A DNA stretch of 64,000 nt from Mobula hypostoma (Eukaryota): assembly GCF_963921235.1 (NCBI RefSeq), contig NC_086100.1:129022001-129086000 (forward strand), given 5' to 3'. Both the position numbers and the translations under genes were made by a program. Positions 36,967 through 50,085 of this stretch are shown here, piece by piece; position 1 is the first letter of the stretch; every line of letters begins with the position of its first letter. The notes beneath the pieces were generated by a model. That model saw nothing but the letters and a program-made list of their open reading frames with translations, did not search any database and was not told the DNA's origin.

Positions 36967-38696
36967 TTGATAACTAATTTATTTGGTTCAGCACAACACT
37001 GTGGGCCGAAGGGCCTGTTCTTGTGACAAAATGTTCTATGTTCACATTCAGGGTCAGGAGCTCTCCACCTGGGATGGCAGAGGCAGAAACCACATTTAAA
37101 AGGAGCATAAATGTTCACTTTAAGCAGCAGAAACTATAGATTACAGACCAAGAACTGGTAGTGGCTTTAGCCCAAATAGTTCATTTTGGTCGATGACCTC
37201 CTTCAATGCTCCAGATGAAGGATGTCCTAAATACTTTAGACACAGGAGATTGCAGATGCTGGGTCTGAGGCATTTCTCTTGTAGTAGCACTTCCAGAGAT
37301 TATGCTTAGGAGGTTTATTTATGTAAAGTAACATCTCCAACAAGTCCAAAACCTCAGTCACTCTTTTGCCAAGATATTAAAGTCATAGACATTCACAAGG
37401 GCCTAGATCCTCCTTTCAGTGTTCAAACAGGTAATAATTATTTGACAGAGAAATTAAATCTATATAATGAAGGCACTTCCACATTTTCTAACGATTTATT
37501 AGTAAGATTTACATTATACATCAATAGCAATGAGTAGACACAAGTTTTGTGGCAATAGCTTGATCCAGCTGCATAAGTGCTGCATAATTAAAAGCTAATC
37601 TTTTAATTTGAAGGATAATCTGTAATGATTAAGAGAACCCTTTTTACATATTAATCTCTTAAACAATAATTGTAACAATGCAGTATTTGTACTATTAAAG
37701 CTTTGAAATGCTTCCAGAGAAACTAACAAAGGGTTCCATGAACACTGCCAATTATGAAGACTGATATTATCAATGATTTCACATACACAGAACAATTTCC
37801 CTCAATGATCAAACCACCCACTTATGCAGTGATCCTCATACCAACTCCAAACAGAAATACTATCCAGTAGCCCTCCAGATGCAAATGATTCCAACATTTT
37901 TTTTAAAAGTCAAATAACAAAAAAAGTCATGATCACAAGAGATTCTGCAGAGCTGGAAATTCAGAGCAACACACACAAAATGTGCCTTGGTCCATTGCTG
38001 GTATAGAAAAGAACTCTCAAAAATGAACATTAATTAGGCTCCATAACCTGACATGTGTAATGAAGTCCCCACCTTCCTACAGAGTGCTGTGAAAAATAAC
38101 TTTAATTACTTATTTATAAATTGGATTTGGGCATTGAAGACAAGGCCGAATAACTCCAATTTCCTCCAGAGCTGAAAAGGCTTGCTTGGCCACTGCTGGA
38201 TCAGGTAAGAGTTAACACAGCCCAATCAGATAAAGATGACAAATTTCCTTCCATAAAATAACAATAATAAAGCAGATTAATACAAATTAATGTTTATTGC
38301 CACCATCCTCAATTTTGTTTTTAAGTAATGATTGGGATTTGGATTCACTGTTCTAGTAACACGTAGCAGGTCCCCACTTCATTTCATAACTCAGTTGTCT
38401 TAAATGGTATCTGGAGCAAGCTTTTAGTTACCCATTTTATTTCACAGAAATACAATAACAAAAGATACAATGCTTTTTTCCATATTAGTTATTGGATTCA
38501 GCTTAAACTTATTTGCAATAAACAATGCTGCAAAAATCTGATAAATATTTTCAGGAACTCTGAAAGCAGATAAATTTGAACATGCTTTGCAAGCTGTAAT
38601 TCACTGAAGTACGTGTATTACAATGGTACTTGGACAAGCAATTAACAGGACAAAGCTTCAATACTGTCTATGGAACTTATTACTTCAGAAGGAGTT

Positions 38697-38759
38697 TTAA
38701 TTATCTTCACCACCGCAGATGCTTAGAAGGACATTTCTGTAATCACCTGAAGTGTCACT
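38697..38759 (-). CDS. ANXA5: Annexin A5, last coding exon
   Basis: cttttgtag|AGT GAC ACT...; SDTSGDYRNVLLSICGGEDN*. Candidate poly(A) signals on the minus strand at 38436-38441 and 38293-38298. Confidence 0.93.
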   Translation of the reverse strand, partial: SDTSGDYRNVLLSICGGEDN

Positions 38760-40229
38760 CTACAAAAGAAAAGGAATTGTTAATCATTATCCACGTAAAC
38801 TGAGATGCTATGTTCAGAAATGAATCCATTCAGTCTGGGTTGAGGAGAAATTCTCCTCTGACAATAATCAAAAATAGTCTTTGTTAGACTAGACCATTAC
38901 AAAAGGCAGCTACATATCATCCTATAAAATGGAGTACCATGGCACTGCAGATCCAGAGAAGTAATTGTAAAGATACAAGAACAGTTGGCAAGGTGTCTGG
39001 TAAACATCATAGAACAGCTTAGGGTTGCCTATAATCTGAGCAAATAGTCAATGGTCAACTTAGTTAGATATGTTTGTGATCAATACATACTACAATAGAT
39101 TAGTAGCCAGCTCAGTCGGCGGAAAAAAAGTCTAAGCACATCATTTTCTTTGTTAAGTGGAGAAGTTGCCAGAGACATTCAACAATTCTATGACTTAAAG
39201 TATGACTATGACTATTCTCCTCCCACTGTTGTAAAACAACGGACCTTGGACAAACAGAATGGACTCATTCATCTAGTTTCTCCAAATCAGACAAAAGTTT
39301 ATTTTGGATATCCTTAAATTTTTACACCAATGGCTTCCTGCAACTCATTACAGACACATGGATGAAAAATTTATTTTGCTTTTTAATCCAATCTTCTCAG
39401 GTCTTTTTGCACTGTAATACCTCATTTGTTCTTTGTACATCTGCCACCTCCTCTCTCATAACTTTAATAAAGTTATTACATAACTTCACACGCAAAATTG
39501 TTCTATTTATCCACTGTAGCATCATTTACCCACAACCTGCAGTCAGCAATGAGGGGAAAAAAACTTGTTTCACACTTTTCCTCAACTAAGATGCCAGTAG
39601 TATGTACCAATTAGCTTATTTTCACATTGCAATTTGCCTTTTAATAGGTGGAGACATTGAAATGCAATACATATAGTGTTCAAAGATCTATCATGAAAAT
39701 TATGATTGCTACTCTGCTTCCATTCAAGGAGCTCACAATAAATGTTAAACCTAACAGAGAACCTGACACATTGGGTCAAAGAAATGAATCTCCCAACATG
39801 CCAATTCTGAAATACAACTGTTGATGTGAGTCTATTCATGTTATTGGGCCAGATTTTCCGAAGGTGCACTGGCAGTTACCACTGGTACTTATAGCCATCA
39901 TCAATTGGATGTTTGAAAAGCCATTATATATATCAACTCACATGTCAGTGTATGGCCCCAGTACTAGTAATCAAGATGGTATCAGCATGATTTGCTGTAC
40001 CTATATGACAGAAAGGCAGGGGGCACAACCACATTAGGAAATGTCTTGCCAGGGCTCCCAATTACCATCTCCTCCCTATTCCAGTTGCAGGGACGGTGTC
40101 AGCCACTTACAGCCGAAAAAAGGCCTCGTATTGTGAAGGACTGCACCCATAACCTGTGTCGGGAGGTTGCTCCCAGAATGGTATTATATCCGGACTAAAT
40201 AATGGCACGACTAGCAAACATGGCCAGCT

Positions 40230-40545
40230 CAGCAGTCGTGGGAAGATCCAGCTCCATCTTTCTAATCTCATCGTGGATTATGTAAAATTTATCTTGTTTC
40301 CAAATCTGATCACCTATGTGAGGCCCTCCATTGGTCAGAGTCAACTCAGCATGTTGTGTCCTAGCTGTCATATGCAAGCCAGGGCAGTTCGATATGGAAA
40401 GCCAGCTGTTGTCCCTACAGCAGGCTCCCTTCTCCACACAACCGACGAATCCAAACGGTAGGCAGAGACCAATACAGTTTAGCACCAGCAGAACAGGCCA
40501 GTCATCACTGAACTGAACAGAGGACTACCTTAGGGATCACGGCAT
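40230..40545. mobile_element. SINE-like repeat sharing a central block with the SINE at 2160-2447
   Basis: ctcccttctccacacaaccgacgaatccaa...gatacagtttagcaccag-like block aligns with 2255-2330. Confidence 0.5.
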
Positions 40546-41161
40546 TCCAATTGATGTACAAGTCAATTCAAGCTGGCTGTTCTACTGATAATGTCCAATT
40601 TAATATTTTTCCCTTCAGAGTGTCCTAGTGTTTTTCACATTCAAATCAAGTACTGTAATTATGCAGGAAAACTGCTTCAACTTCCATAGTATTCCATATA
40701 GAAGAGTGAATCACCCCTTTCTCCTGTCCTCCAGTTTTTGATAATGATGTAACTAATCCATTGTTCTTCGGGATGCACTTTCATTCAGACATCGTTAAAC
40801 TGTCATTTTGTTTTAAGTAAGCCACTACCTGACAATTCTGCTTTCAACATCACGTCCATCTACACTGACTTCGTTATTTATGTATACCAGTCCCATTTGC
40901 CTACATTAGGGCCATATCCTTTACCTGTCTTAATGCCTCAAAAGTAGTAATTGCATTCAATTCCAGCACCTCCTCTGCCAGCATATCCCAGATAACCACT
41001 CTAATGTACAAAAAAATTACCCTTAAGATCTTCTATATAATTTCTTACCTGTCATTTTTTAAAACATATTTGCACTTCTCCACCTTATTTATTTACAGAC
41101 ACATCACCGACTGGTTTATTTTCTTTATTGCCAGATAGCATATTTTGTTCTATGGTCATAC

Positions 41162-41284
41162 CTTGATCATACTGTGGAGTGATCGCCCATAGTTTTCATA
41201 AAATACCTTACGAATATCCAACAAGTCAACTTCACTCCTTGAAATCATAACCCTGATAAGTGTATCATCATCCGTGCCACTCCC
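41162..41284 (-). CDS. ANXA5: Annexin A5 exon (123 bp, repeat IV)
   Basis: ctag|GGG...AAG|gtatg; [41 protein letters not shown]. Confidence 0.97.
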
Positions 41285-42734
41285 CTAGTTAAACAAGGAA
41301 ATATGCAAAAATATTTAGTTACTTCAACAATCTCAGGTCCGACAATATGATAATGATTTACCAAATAAATTGTTCCTATAGATCAAATTAACCAGTTAAG
41401 ACAAGGCTTTTAAGTAATTAAGAAAGCTGCTAAAGTATGGAGGACAACAAAGACTGCCTGAGAATAATGGAGTCATGTGGCTATTGAACAGAAGAGATCC
41501 CTTCTCATGTTCGAACCAGGTTGGACATTCCAGGGGTGATAACATGTGAAGTTCAGAATTCTCAAGGGAACCCAAAAAAAAAATCATAGATCTAATACAT
41601 CACTACCTGAATTTTCAGACAGTTTGCAAACATTACTAATCCACATTCATTTGAGTTCCACTTCATCAAAACAGCATCAATGGCATCCTTAAGACTACAA
41701 TGCACAGTGATCTAGGACAACATCAGCAGATCAGTTGTCACTACCTTGAGATTAGAAACAGCAAGGTAACACTGCCCTCTGCAGGAAAACAGTGTATGCA
41801 CAGTTTACAAATTACTGATCACAAGGCATGCTGAGATTATTGTCACATGCGCAAGTGCAGTTGAGATACCGATACAATGAAAATTTTTCTTACAGCAGCA
41901 TCACAGACACGTAGATTCAGACAACACACAGGACATAAATGATCTCTAATTCACTGACACCAAAAACCTTGCTACTGAATACACTTTTCCTCAGGAAGAG
42001 AGGCAGAGATGAGTACTTGGTTCCTCGTGCGCTCCTGAAGGAACCCAAGGGATTGCTCATCTTACCCCTGTCCCACAGCTTCAACTCATATAGCGATTTG
42101 GATAAATAGAAACCTCCGAGGAGCACAGTCCTCATGACCTCATGTGTGCCCTCAGGGTGCAGGCTGCCCCCAGCACATCCTCCGAATGTGTTGGTCATTG
42201 ACACAAACTCCACATTTCACTGCATGTTTCCATGTTTCAATGTACATGCAACATTAAAGCTGATCTTTAAATCTTTAATGACTAGAGCAAGTCTCTCTTC
42301 CTCCAGCAGAGAGTATCAGTGGTTTAAACAGGAGTAAGATTACCAAGATGTACTACAATATAGAGTGAATTTTAGAAAGTATATTAATTAAAAAATAATC
42401 CTGGAATTTAGATCAACAGTTTCTTCCTTGAAACACATTTTAGTTATCACTATTCTTTTTATTAACTACACATTAACTTCAAATACAGCTTTTGCTTTGC
42501 CCTGTTTTGGTATATTCAAAAGATAAAGATACCAATATCAAGAACTGGATACCAATAAACTTTGTAAACTGTTTTCTTGATAATGTTATTTTATTATATT
42601 CCCCTCCGAAGTAACTTTTCTTGTGGTTTACACTTAGCACAAAGGACTGGGTATATACATTGTCATTTTTATATTGAGAAAATAACTGGTTATAATAATT
42701 AATCTAATAAATGCAAGCATCTTATTCAACAAAC

Positions 42735-42793
42735 CTTCATGGCATTATAAAGTGTTTCAGCAAAATATCCAGGAACACTTCTTATACACTTCA
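42735..42793 (-). CDS. ANXA5: Annexin A5 exon (59 bp)
   Basis: tttcag|TG AAG...AAG|gtttgt; (V)KCIRSVPGYFAETLYNAMK. Confidence 0.96.
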
Positions 42794-43058
42794 CTGAAAT
42801 AGAACACAAACATAAATTATGTATAGATTATTAATTTTGTTGTTCAAACAAAGTTAACTCATTTAAAACCTTACACTTACTGTGTACAGAGGGAATTAAT
42901 CAATTAGAGCAATTATCAACAATAGCCTTCTGATCCTATTGGCAATTAGATGAAGTGTCAATTCATTTATGGTGAAACAAGAATTAAAATGGAGATAGGG
43001 AGGCACAAGAGGAACAGAAATGTATATTGATTTAAGAACGCTGGAAAGCGTTCTGTAT

Positions 43059-45172
43059 TTCATAGAAACATAGAAACATGGAAGATAGGTGCAGGAGTAG
43101 GCCATTCGGCCCTTCGAGCCTGCACCGCCATTTATTATGATCATGGCTGATCATCCAACTCAGAACCCCGCCCCAGCCTTCCCTCCATACCCCCTGACCC
43201 CCGTAGCCACAAGGGCCATATCTAACTCCCTCTTAAATATAGCCAATGAACTGGCCTCAACAGTTTCCTGTGGCAGAGAATTCCACAGATTCACCACTCT
43301 CTGTGTGAAGAAGTTTTTCCTAATCTCGATCCTAAAAGGCTTCCCCTCGATCCTCAAACTGTGACCCCTCGTTCTGGACTTCCCCAACATCGGGAACAAT
43401 CTTCCAGCATCTAGCCTGTCCAATCCCTTTAGGATCTTATACGTTTCAATCAGATCTCCCCTCAATCTTCTAAATTCCAACGAGTACAAGCCCAATTCAT
43501 CCAGTCTTTCTTCATATGAAAGTCCTGCCATCCCAGGAATCAATCTGGTGAACCTTCTTTGTACTCCCTCTATGGCAAAGATGTCTTTCCTCAGATTAGG
43601 GGACCAAAACTGCACACAATACTCCAGGTGTGGTCTCACCAAGGCCTTGTACAACTGCAGTAGTACCTTCCTGCTCCTGTACTCGAATCCTCTCGCTATA
43701 AATGCCAGCATACCATTCGCCTTTTTCACCGCCTGCTGTACCTGCATGCCCACTTTCAATGACTGGTGTATAATGACACCCAGGTCTCGTTGCACTTCCC
43801 CTTTTCCTAATCGGCCACCATTCAGATAATAATCTGTTTTCCTATTTTTGCCACCAAAGTGGATAACTTCACATTTATCCACATTAAATTGCATCTGCCA
43901 TGAATTTGCCCACTCACCCAACCTATCCAAGTCACCCTGCATCCTCTTAGCATCCTCCTCACTGCTAACACTGCCACCCAGCTTCGTGTCATCTGCAAAC
44001 TTGGAGATGCTGCATTTAATTCCCTCATCCAAGTCATTAATATATATTGTAAACAACTGGGGTCCCAGCACTGAGCCTTGCGGTACCCCACTAGTCACCG
44101 CCTGCCATTCTGAAAAGGTCCCGTTTATTCCCACTCTTTGCTTCCTGTCTGCTAACCAATTCTCCACCCACACCAATACCTTACCTCCAATACCGTGTGC
44201 TTTAAGTTTGCACGCTAATCTCCTGTGTGGGACCTTGTCAAAAGCCTTTTGAAAATCCAAATATACCACATCCACTGGTTCTCCCCTATCCACTCTACTA
44301 GTTACATCCTCAAAAAATTCTATGAGATTCGTCAGACATGATTTTCCTTTCACAAATCCATGCTGACTTTGTCCGATCATTTCACCACTTTCCAAATGTG
44401 CTGTTATCACATCCTTGATAACTGACTCCAGCAGTTTCCCCACCACCGACGTTAGGCTAACCGGTCTATAGTTCCCCGGTTTCTCTCTCCCTCCTTTTTT
44501 AAAAAGTGGGGTTACATTAGCCACCCTCCAATCCTCAGGAACTAGTCCAGAATCTAACGAGTTTTGAAAAATTATCACTAATGCATCCACTATTTCTTGG
44601 GCTACTTCCTTAAGCACTCTAGGATGCAGACCATCTGACCCTGGGGATTTATCTGCCTTCAATCCCTTCAATTTACCTAACACCACTTCCCTACTAACAT
44701 GTATTTCACTCAGTTCCTCCATCTCACTGGACCCTCTGTCCCTTACTATTTCTGGAAGATTATTTATGTCCTCCTTAGTGAAGACAGAACCAAAGTAATT
44801 ATTCAATTGGTCTGCCATGTCCTTGCTCCCCATAATCAATTCACCTGTTTCTGTCTGCAGGGGACCTACATTTGTCTTTACCAGTCTTTTCCTTTTTACA
44901 TATCTATAAAAGCTTTTACAGTCCGTTTTTATGTTCCCCGCCAGTTTTCTCTCATAATCTTTTTTCCCCTTCCTAATTAAGCCCTTTGTCCTCCTCTGCT
45001 GAACTCTGAATTTCTCCCAGTCCTCAGGTGAGCCACTTTCTCTGGCTAATTTGTATGCTTCTTCTTTGGAATTGATACTATCCCTAATTTCTCTTGTCAG
45101 CCACGGGTGCACTACCTTCCTTGATTTATTCTTTTGCCAAACTGGGATGAACAATTGTTGTAGTTCATCCAT
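43059..45172 (-). mobile_element. Young 5'-truncated CR1 LINE with an uninterrupted RT ORF
   Basis: 676-codon ORF 43160-45190 without stops ([48 protein letters not shown]); 3' end (TTTCTATG)2 on the minus strand. Confidence 0.98.
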
Positions 45173-45263
45173 CATTGATTTCAGAATCAATGGAGTTGAA
45201 TGGCCTGGTTTTGAGTTTAAAATTTTGGACTACAGCATGAGAACATCAGCTCTTGCTTCTTAC

Positions 45264-45359
45264 CAACTGCTAGCAAGGCACTTCTTAGATTTCCCGATGT
45301 CTCAGAAGCAATGCTTTCTTCTATTTGGTATCCTGAGATTTTCATATACTCTTTAAAAA
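45264..45359 (-). CDS. ANXA5: Annexin A5 exon (96 bp)
   Basis: tttcag|TT TTT...GTT G|gtaag; (V)FKEYMKISGYQIEESIASETSGNLRSALLAV; the YM-ISG-QIEE pattern is ANXA5-like. Confidence 0.96.
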
Positions 45360-45810
45360 CTGAAAGTGACCACATATAAAAAGAAATATAATTACCAACA
45401 ATGAGTAAGAAAGCACATGTAGATACTTAAAATGTGAAACTTCACAATGATTTTTATTTAATACAACTGGTAAAATTAAATTATTGTGCATTTCATTTCA
45501 CTAGAAACTCTATTGATCCAAGCAATATTACTCTACAATCCAGATTCATTTCTACACTACAGCTTTTGCAAAGAGCTAGAAACATACATTTTTTCTGTAA
45601 AAGAAATGCAATCAAATTGAACAAATTCAAGGTTACTTTCTGACTAATTCTTTTATGAGAATGACACCTTAAATTTAACTTAGCACACAAGAAACTTTCT
45701 TAGCAACTGATCGTCTGAGGTAAAATTCAGCCCAGGAACTCGTAAACAATTTTTACCAGACACAAGTCACATCAAGGACCAAAACAGTTCTTATAAAAAC
45801 ATTCCAGCAG

Positions 45811-46400
45811 TACAGACTGATAGACACGGAACACAAGAGACTACAGACTGATAGACACGGAGCACGAGAGACTACAGACTGATAGACACGGAACACGAGA
45901 GACTACAGACTGATAGACACGGAGCACGAGAGACTACAGACTGATAGACACGGAGCACGAGAGACTACAGACTGATAGACACGGAACACGAGAGACTACA
46001 CACTGATAGACACGGAACACAAGAGACTACAGACTGATAGACACGGCGCACGAGAGACTACAGACTGATAGACACGGAACACGAGAGACTACACACTGAT
46101 AGACACGGAACACGAGAGACTACACACTGATAGACACGGAACACGAGAGACTACAGACTGATAGACACGGAACACGAGAGACTACACACTGATAGACACG
46201 GAACACGAGAGACTACACACTGATAGACACGGAACACAAGAGACTACAGACTGATAGACACGGAACACAAGAGACTACAGACTGATAGACACGGAACACA
46301 AGATACTATACACTGATAGACACGGAACACAAGAGGCTACAGACTGATAGACATGGAACACGAGAGACTACAGACTGACAGACACAGAACACGAGAGACG
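45811..46400. repeat. 31-bp minisatellite (about 19 units)
   Basis: Unit AGACACGGAACACGAGAGACTACAGACTGAT, period 31; it merges at about 46400 into a minus-strand PLE tail. Confidence 0.96.
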
Positions 46401-47174
46401 ACAGATGCTGGAAACTAAGGGAAAACAGAATGAACAGCTAGAGGAATTCAGCAGGTCACATAGTATCTGCAGAGGCAAAGGAATGGCCAAGGCTTCAGGT
46501 CCAGATCCTGTATCATTGCTTAAGAGGGCTTACATCATTTTGCTGAACAAGTTTTTTTATATTGCTTTACATTTTACAGTAGCTATTTAACACCTCTGAA
46601 ACCCATGACCTCCACCAGCAAGGGAAAGGACACCAAGTGATTGGAATTCTACCACATGCATATTCACACATCATCCTCACACCGCTGTTCCTTCTTCATC
46701 ACCGGCTCCGGATTCTGGGAAACCCTACCCAAACAGCAATGTGGGAATATCTTCAATACAATGAAAAAAAAAACAGGTCAAAAAAACAGTTTTGCACACT
46801 TTCTCAGAGGCAATCAGGAGAGAGTAATAAATAAATCCAAATAAATGCTGGTGTTACCTGCGCCAGCCACATTCAGTAACTGAAGCAAGCAATTTTGGAT
46901 CCAAATATTGAAACACCATGCAGTTAAAATACTTGCTTTGTGCAAACCATGCAGGCATCATTGTTCAAACTTCACACCCAGCTTTTGTTGAGTTATTAAA
47001 TGCAACAATAATAATTCAACAAAAATTGCATCTGTGCACTAAATAAACTTGATACTGTCGTAACGGAGGACAAAGCCGGCTTACATGCTCAAAACCCGAA
47101 CAGTTCTGACTAAAGTCAAGTCCAGTATGACTTGTAATCATATCAAATGTAATCTAACTTTCCTTGCTCATTTC

Positions 47175-47711
47175 AAACTCTACAAAGCCTTTGAGTTCTA
47201 CGAGTTTTGTGTTCTACGAGTCTGTGGTGGCCAGTGCTATCATCTTTGCTGTTGTGTGCTGGGGCAGCAGGCTGAGGGTAGCAGACACTAACAGAATCAA
47301 CAAACTCATTCGTAAGGCCAGTGATGTTGTGGGGATGGAACTGGACTCTCACGGTGGTGTCTGAAAAGAGGATGCTGTCTAAGTTGCATGCCATCTTGGT
47401 CAATGTCTCCCATCCACTACATAATGTACTGGGTGGGCACAGGAGTACATTCAGCCGGAGACTCATTCCACCGAGATGCAGCACAGAGCGTCACAGGAAG
47501 TCATTCCTGCCTGTGGCCATCAAACTGTACAACTCCTCCCTTGGAGGGTCAGACACCCTGAGCCGATAGGCTGGAACTGGACTTATTTCATAATTTCCTG
47601 GCATAATTTACATATTACTATTTAACTATTTATGGTTTTATTACTAATTATTATTTATGGTGCAACTGTAATGAAAACCAATTTCCCCCGGGATCATAAA
47701 GTATGACTATG
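47175..47711 (+). mobile_element. Rex1/Babar LINE 3' fragment
   Basis: FYESVVASAIIFAVVCWGSRLRVADTNRINKLIRKAS...RKSFLPVAIKLYN; ends AATAAA-like cataaagtatgactatg. Confidence 0.85.
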
Positions 47712-48869
47712 TGGTTGATCACTCAGTGCTCCTTCTACACTGCTTGTCTATCATCCAGCTAAGTAGGATAACTGTTGTTTATATTTTTGTCAATACAGTC
47801 AAAACCAGAAAACACCAACAGTAGCTTTTCATGTCTTCACATGTATCTCTAGTAAGTCCAAAAATCCATCCTAGACTTTAACTTCACATCAGAATATTGA
47901 TGTTTAACATACAAAAAATAATTGGTTTCCATGCACCCTGATGACTCCTAACGTTATCTACGTTCTCTCTCTTAAACCTATTCACTGCCTCCAAGCAGTC
48001 AGGTCATTTTTCCATGAGCAGAAATGTCCTGAAACTAAACAAAAGGGGAGATAGCAACTAACCAAGTCTTCTGTGTCCATCCCTTGCCATCAAGAAAATC
48101 ACTCTCCCTGACACCTGTCTGAAACTCAACGAGCTCCCACATACAGTGCAAGTCTAGTTTCTTATCTTGTCATTTTGAACACCTACTTACAATGCCTTAA
48201 CACTGCCTGGCATTATCCAAGTTACTTACTGCTGAACCCTCATCCACATTTAGATATGTTTATTTATATTTAGATAAACTGCCAAAGGGAGTAGTAGAGA
48301 CAGGTGCTCTCACTACATTTAAAAACATTTCGCCAAGCACTTGAACCAACTAGGCATAACGGGTTATGAACTAGGTGTCGGCAAAGGGGACCAGCATAGA
48401 TTTGGATTTATTGCCCATCATGCACATGGTGAGCTGAAAGGTCTATTTCCTGTGTTGTGATTCTACAGCTCCATGCAATCTGTAACACCTTCCACTTTAA
48501 CCAAGCTTTCTGTCATCTGACCCAATATCAATTATGTAGCTTCATTGATAAGCATCATTATTTATTCCTATGAAGCACCTTGCTGTGTTACAGTTACCAA
48601 ATAAATGGAAATTGTTGTTAGGCCCTACCACATTCCTGCTGTATGATCGATATTACTCAGGTGACATGTTACCAAATAAATGAGTTCACCTTGACACAAC
48701 ATTTGACATGGGTGAATGACATCCAAGGAAGCTCAAGTATTCCAAAGTAATTCATTAATAATCTGCACTGTTCTTTTCAGAAATTGAACTAAACATTTTC
48801 TTACTTATGCATTGTGTGCATCAACTTTCAAGCTAGTTCCTTTAACAACTGTTGCCTTGCACTATGTTT

Positions 48870-50085
48870 TAAAGGTTACTTTCAGACGGACAGGCATAAC
48901 ATGATTAGGAATAGTCAGCATGCCTTTGTGAAAGGCAGGTCGTGCCTCACGAGCCTGATTGAATTTTTTGAGGATGTGATTAAATACATTGATGAAGGTA
49001 GAGCAGTAGATGTAGTGTATATGGATTTCAGCAAGGCACTTGATAAGGTACCTCATGCAGGGCTTATTGAGAAAGTAAGGAGGCATGGGATCCAAGGGGA
49101 CATTGCTTTGTGGATCCAGAACTGGTGTGCGCACAGAAGGACAAAAAGTAAAGAGTGGTTGTAGACGGGTCATATTGTGCATGGAGGTCGAACACCAGTG
49201 GTGTGCCTCAGGGATCTGTTCTGGGACCCCTACTCTTCGTGATTTTTTATAAATGACTTGGATGAGGAAGTGGAAGGATGGGTTTGTAAATGTGCTGATG
49301 ACACAAAGGATGGAGGTGGTGTGGATAGTGTGGAGGGCTGGCAGAGGTTACAGCGGGACATTGATAGGATGTAAAATTGGGCTGAGAAGTGGCAAATGGA
49401 GTTCAACCCCGATAAGTCTGAGGTTGACTGTGGTTAAGAAAGCATACAGTGCATTGGCCTTCATCAATCGTGGGATTGAGTTCAGAAGCTGAGAGGTAAT
49501 ATTGCAGCTATATAGGACCCTGGTCAGACCCTACTTGGAGTACTGTGCTCAGTTCTGGTTGCCTCACTACAGGAAGGATGTGGAGACTATAGAAAGGGTG
49601 CAGAGGAGATTTACAAGGATGATGCCTGGATTGGAGAACATGCCTTATGAGAATAGATTGAGTGAACTCGGCCTTTTATCCTTGGAGCTACAGAGGATGA
49701 GAGGTGACCTGATAGAGGTGTATAAGATGATGAGGGGCATTGATCGTTTGGATAGTCAGAGGCTTTTTCCCAGGGCGGAAATGGCTAGCATGAGAGGGCA
49801 CAGTTTTAAAGGTGCTTGGAAGTAGGTACAGAGGAGATGTCAGGAGTAAGTTGTTTTTTTTTTTACGCAGAGAGTGTTGAGTACATGGAATGGGCTGCCG
49901 GCGACGGTGGTGGAGGTGGATATGATAGGGTCTTTTAAGAGACTCCTGGACAGGTACATGGAGCTCAGAAAAATAGAGGGCTATGGGTAACCCTAGGTAA
50001 TTTCTAAGGTAAGGACATGTTCGGCACAGCTTTGTGGACCAAAGGGCCTGTATTGTGTTGTAGGTTTTCTATGTTTCTATATGGG
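48870..50085 (+). mobile_element. CR1 LINE 3' half (different subfamily)
   Basis: ORFs 48814-49164 (SQHAFVKGRSCLTSLIEFFEDV) and 49502-49825 (LYRTLVRPYLEYCAQFW); tail tttctatgtttctat. Confidence 0.93.

Noticed and set aside
43160-45190. Longest ORF (676 aa) as a host or domesticated gene
   Set aside because: It is CR1 ORF2 RT with a CR1 3' tail; the first codons come from flanking DNA and the endonuclease is missing.
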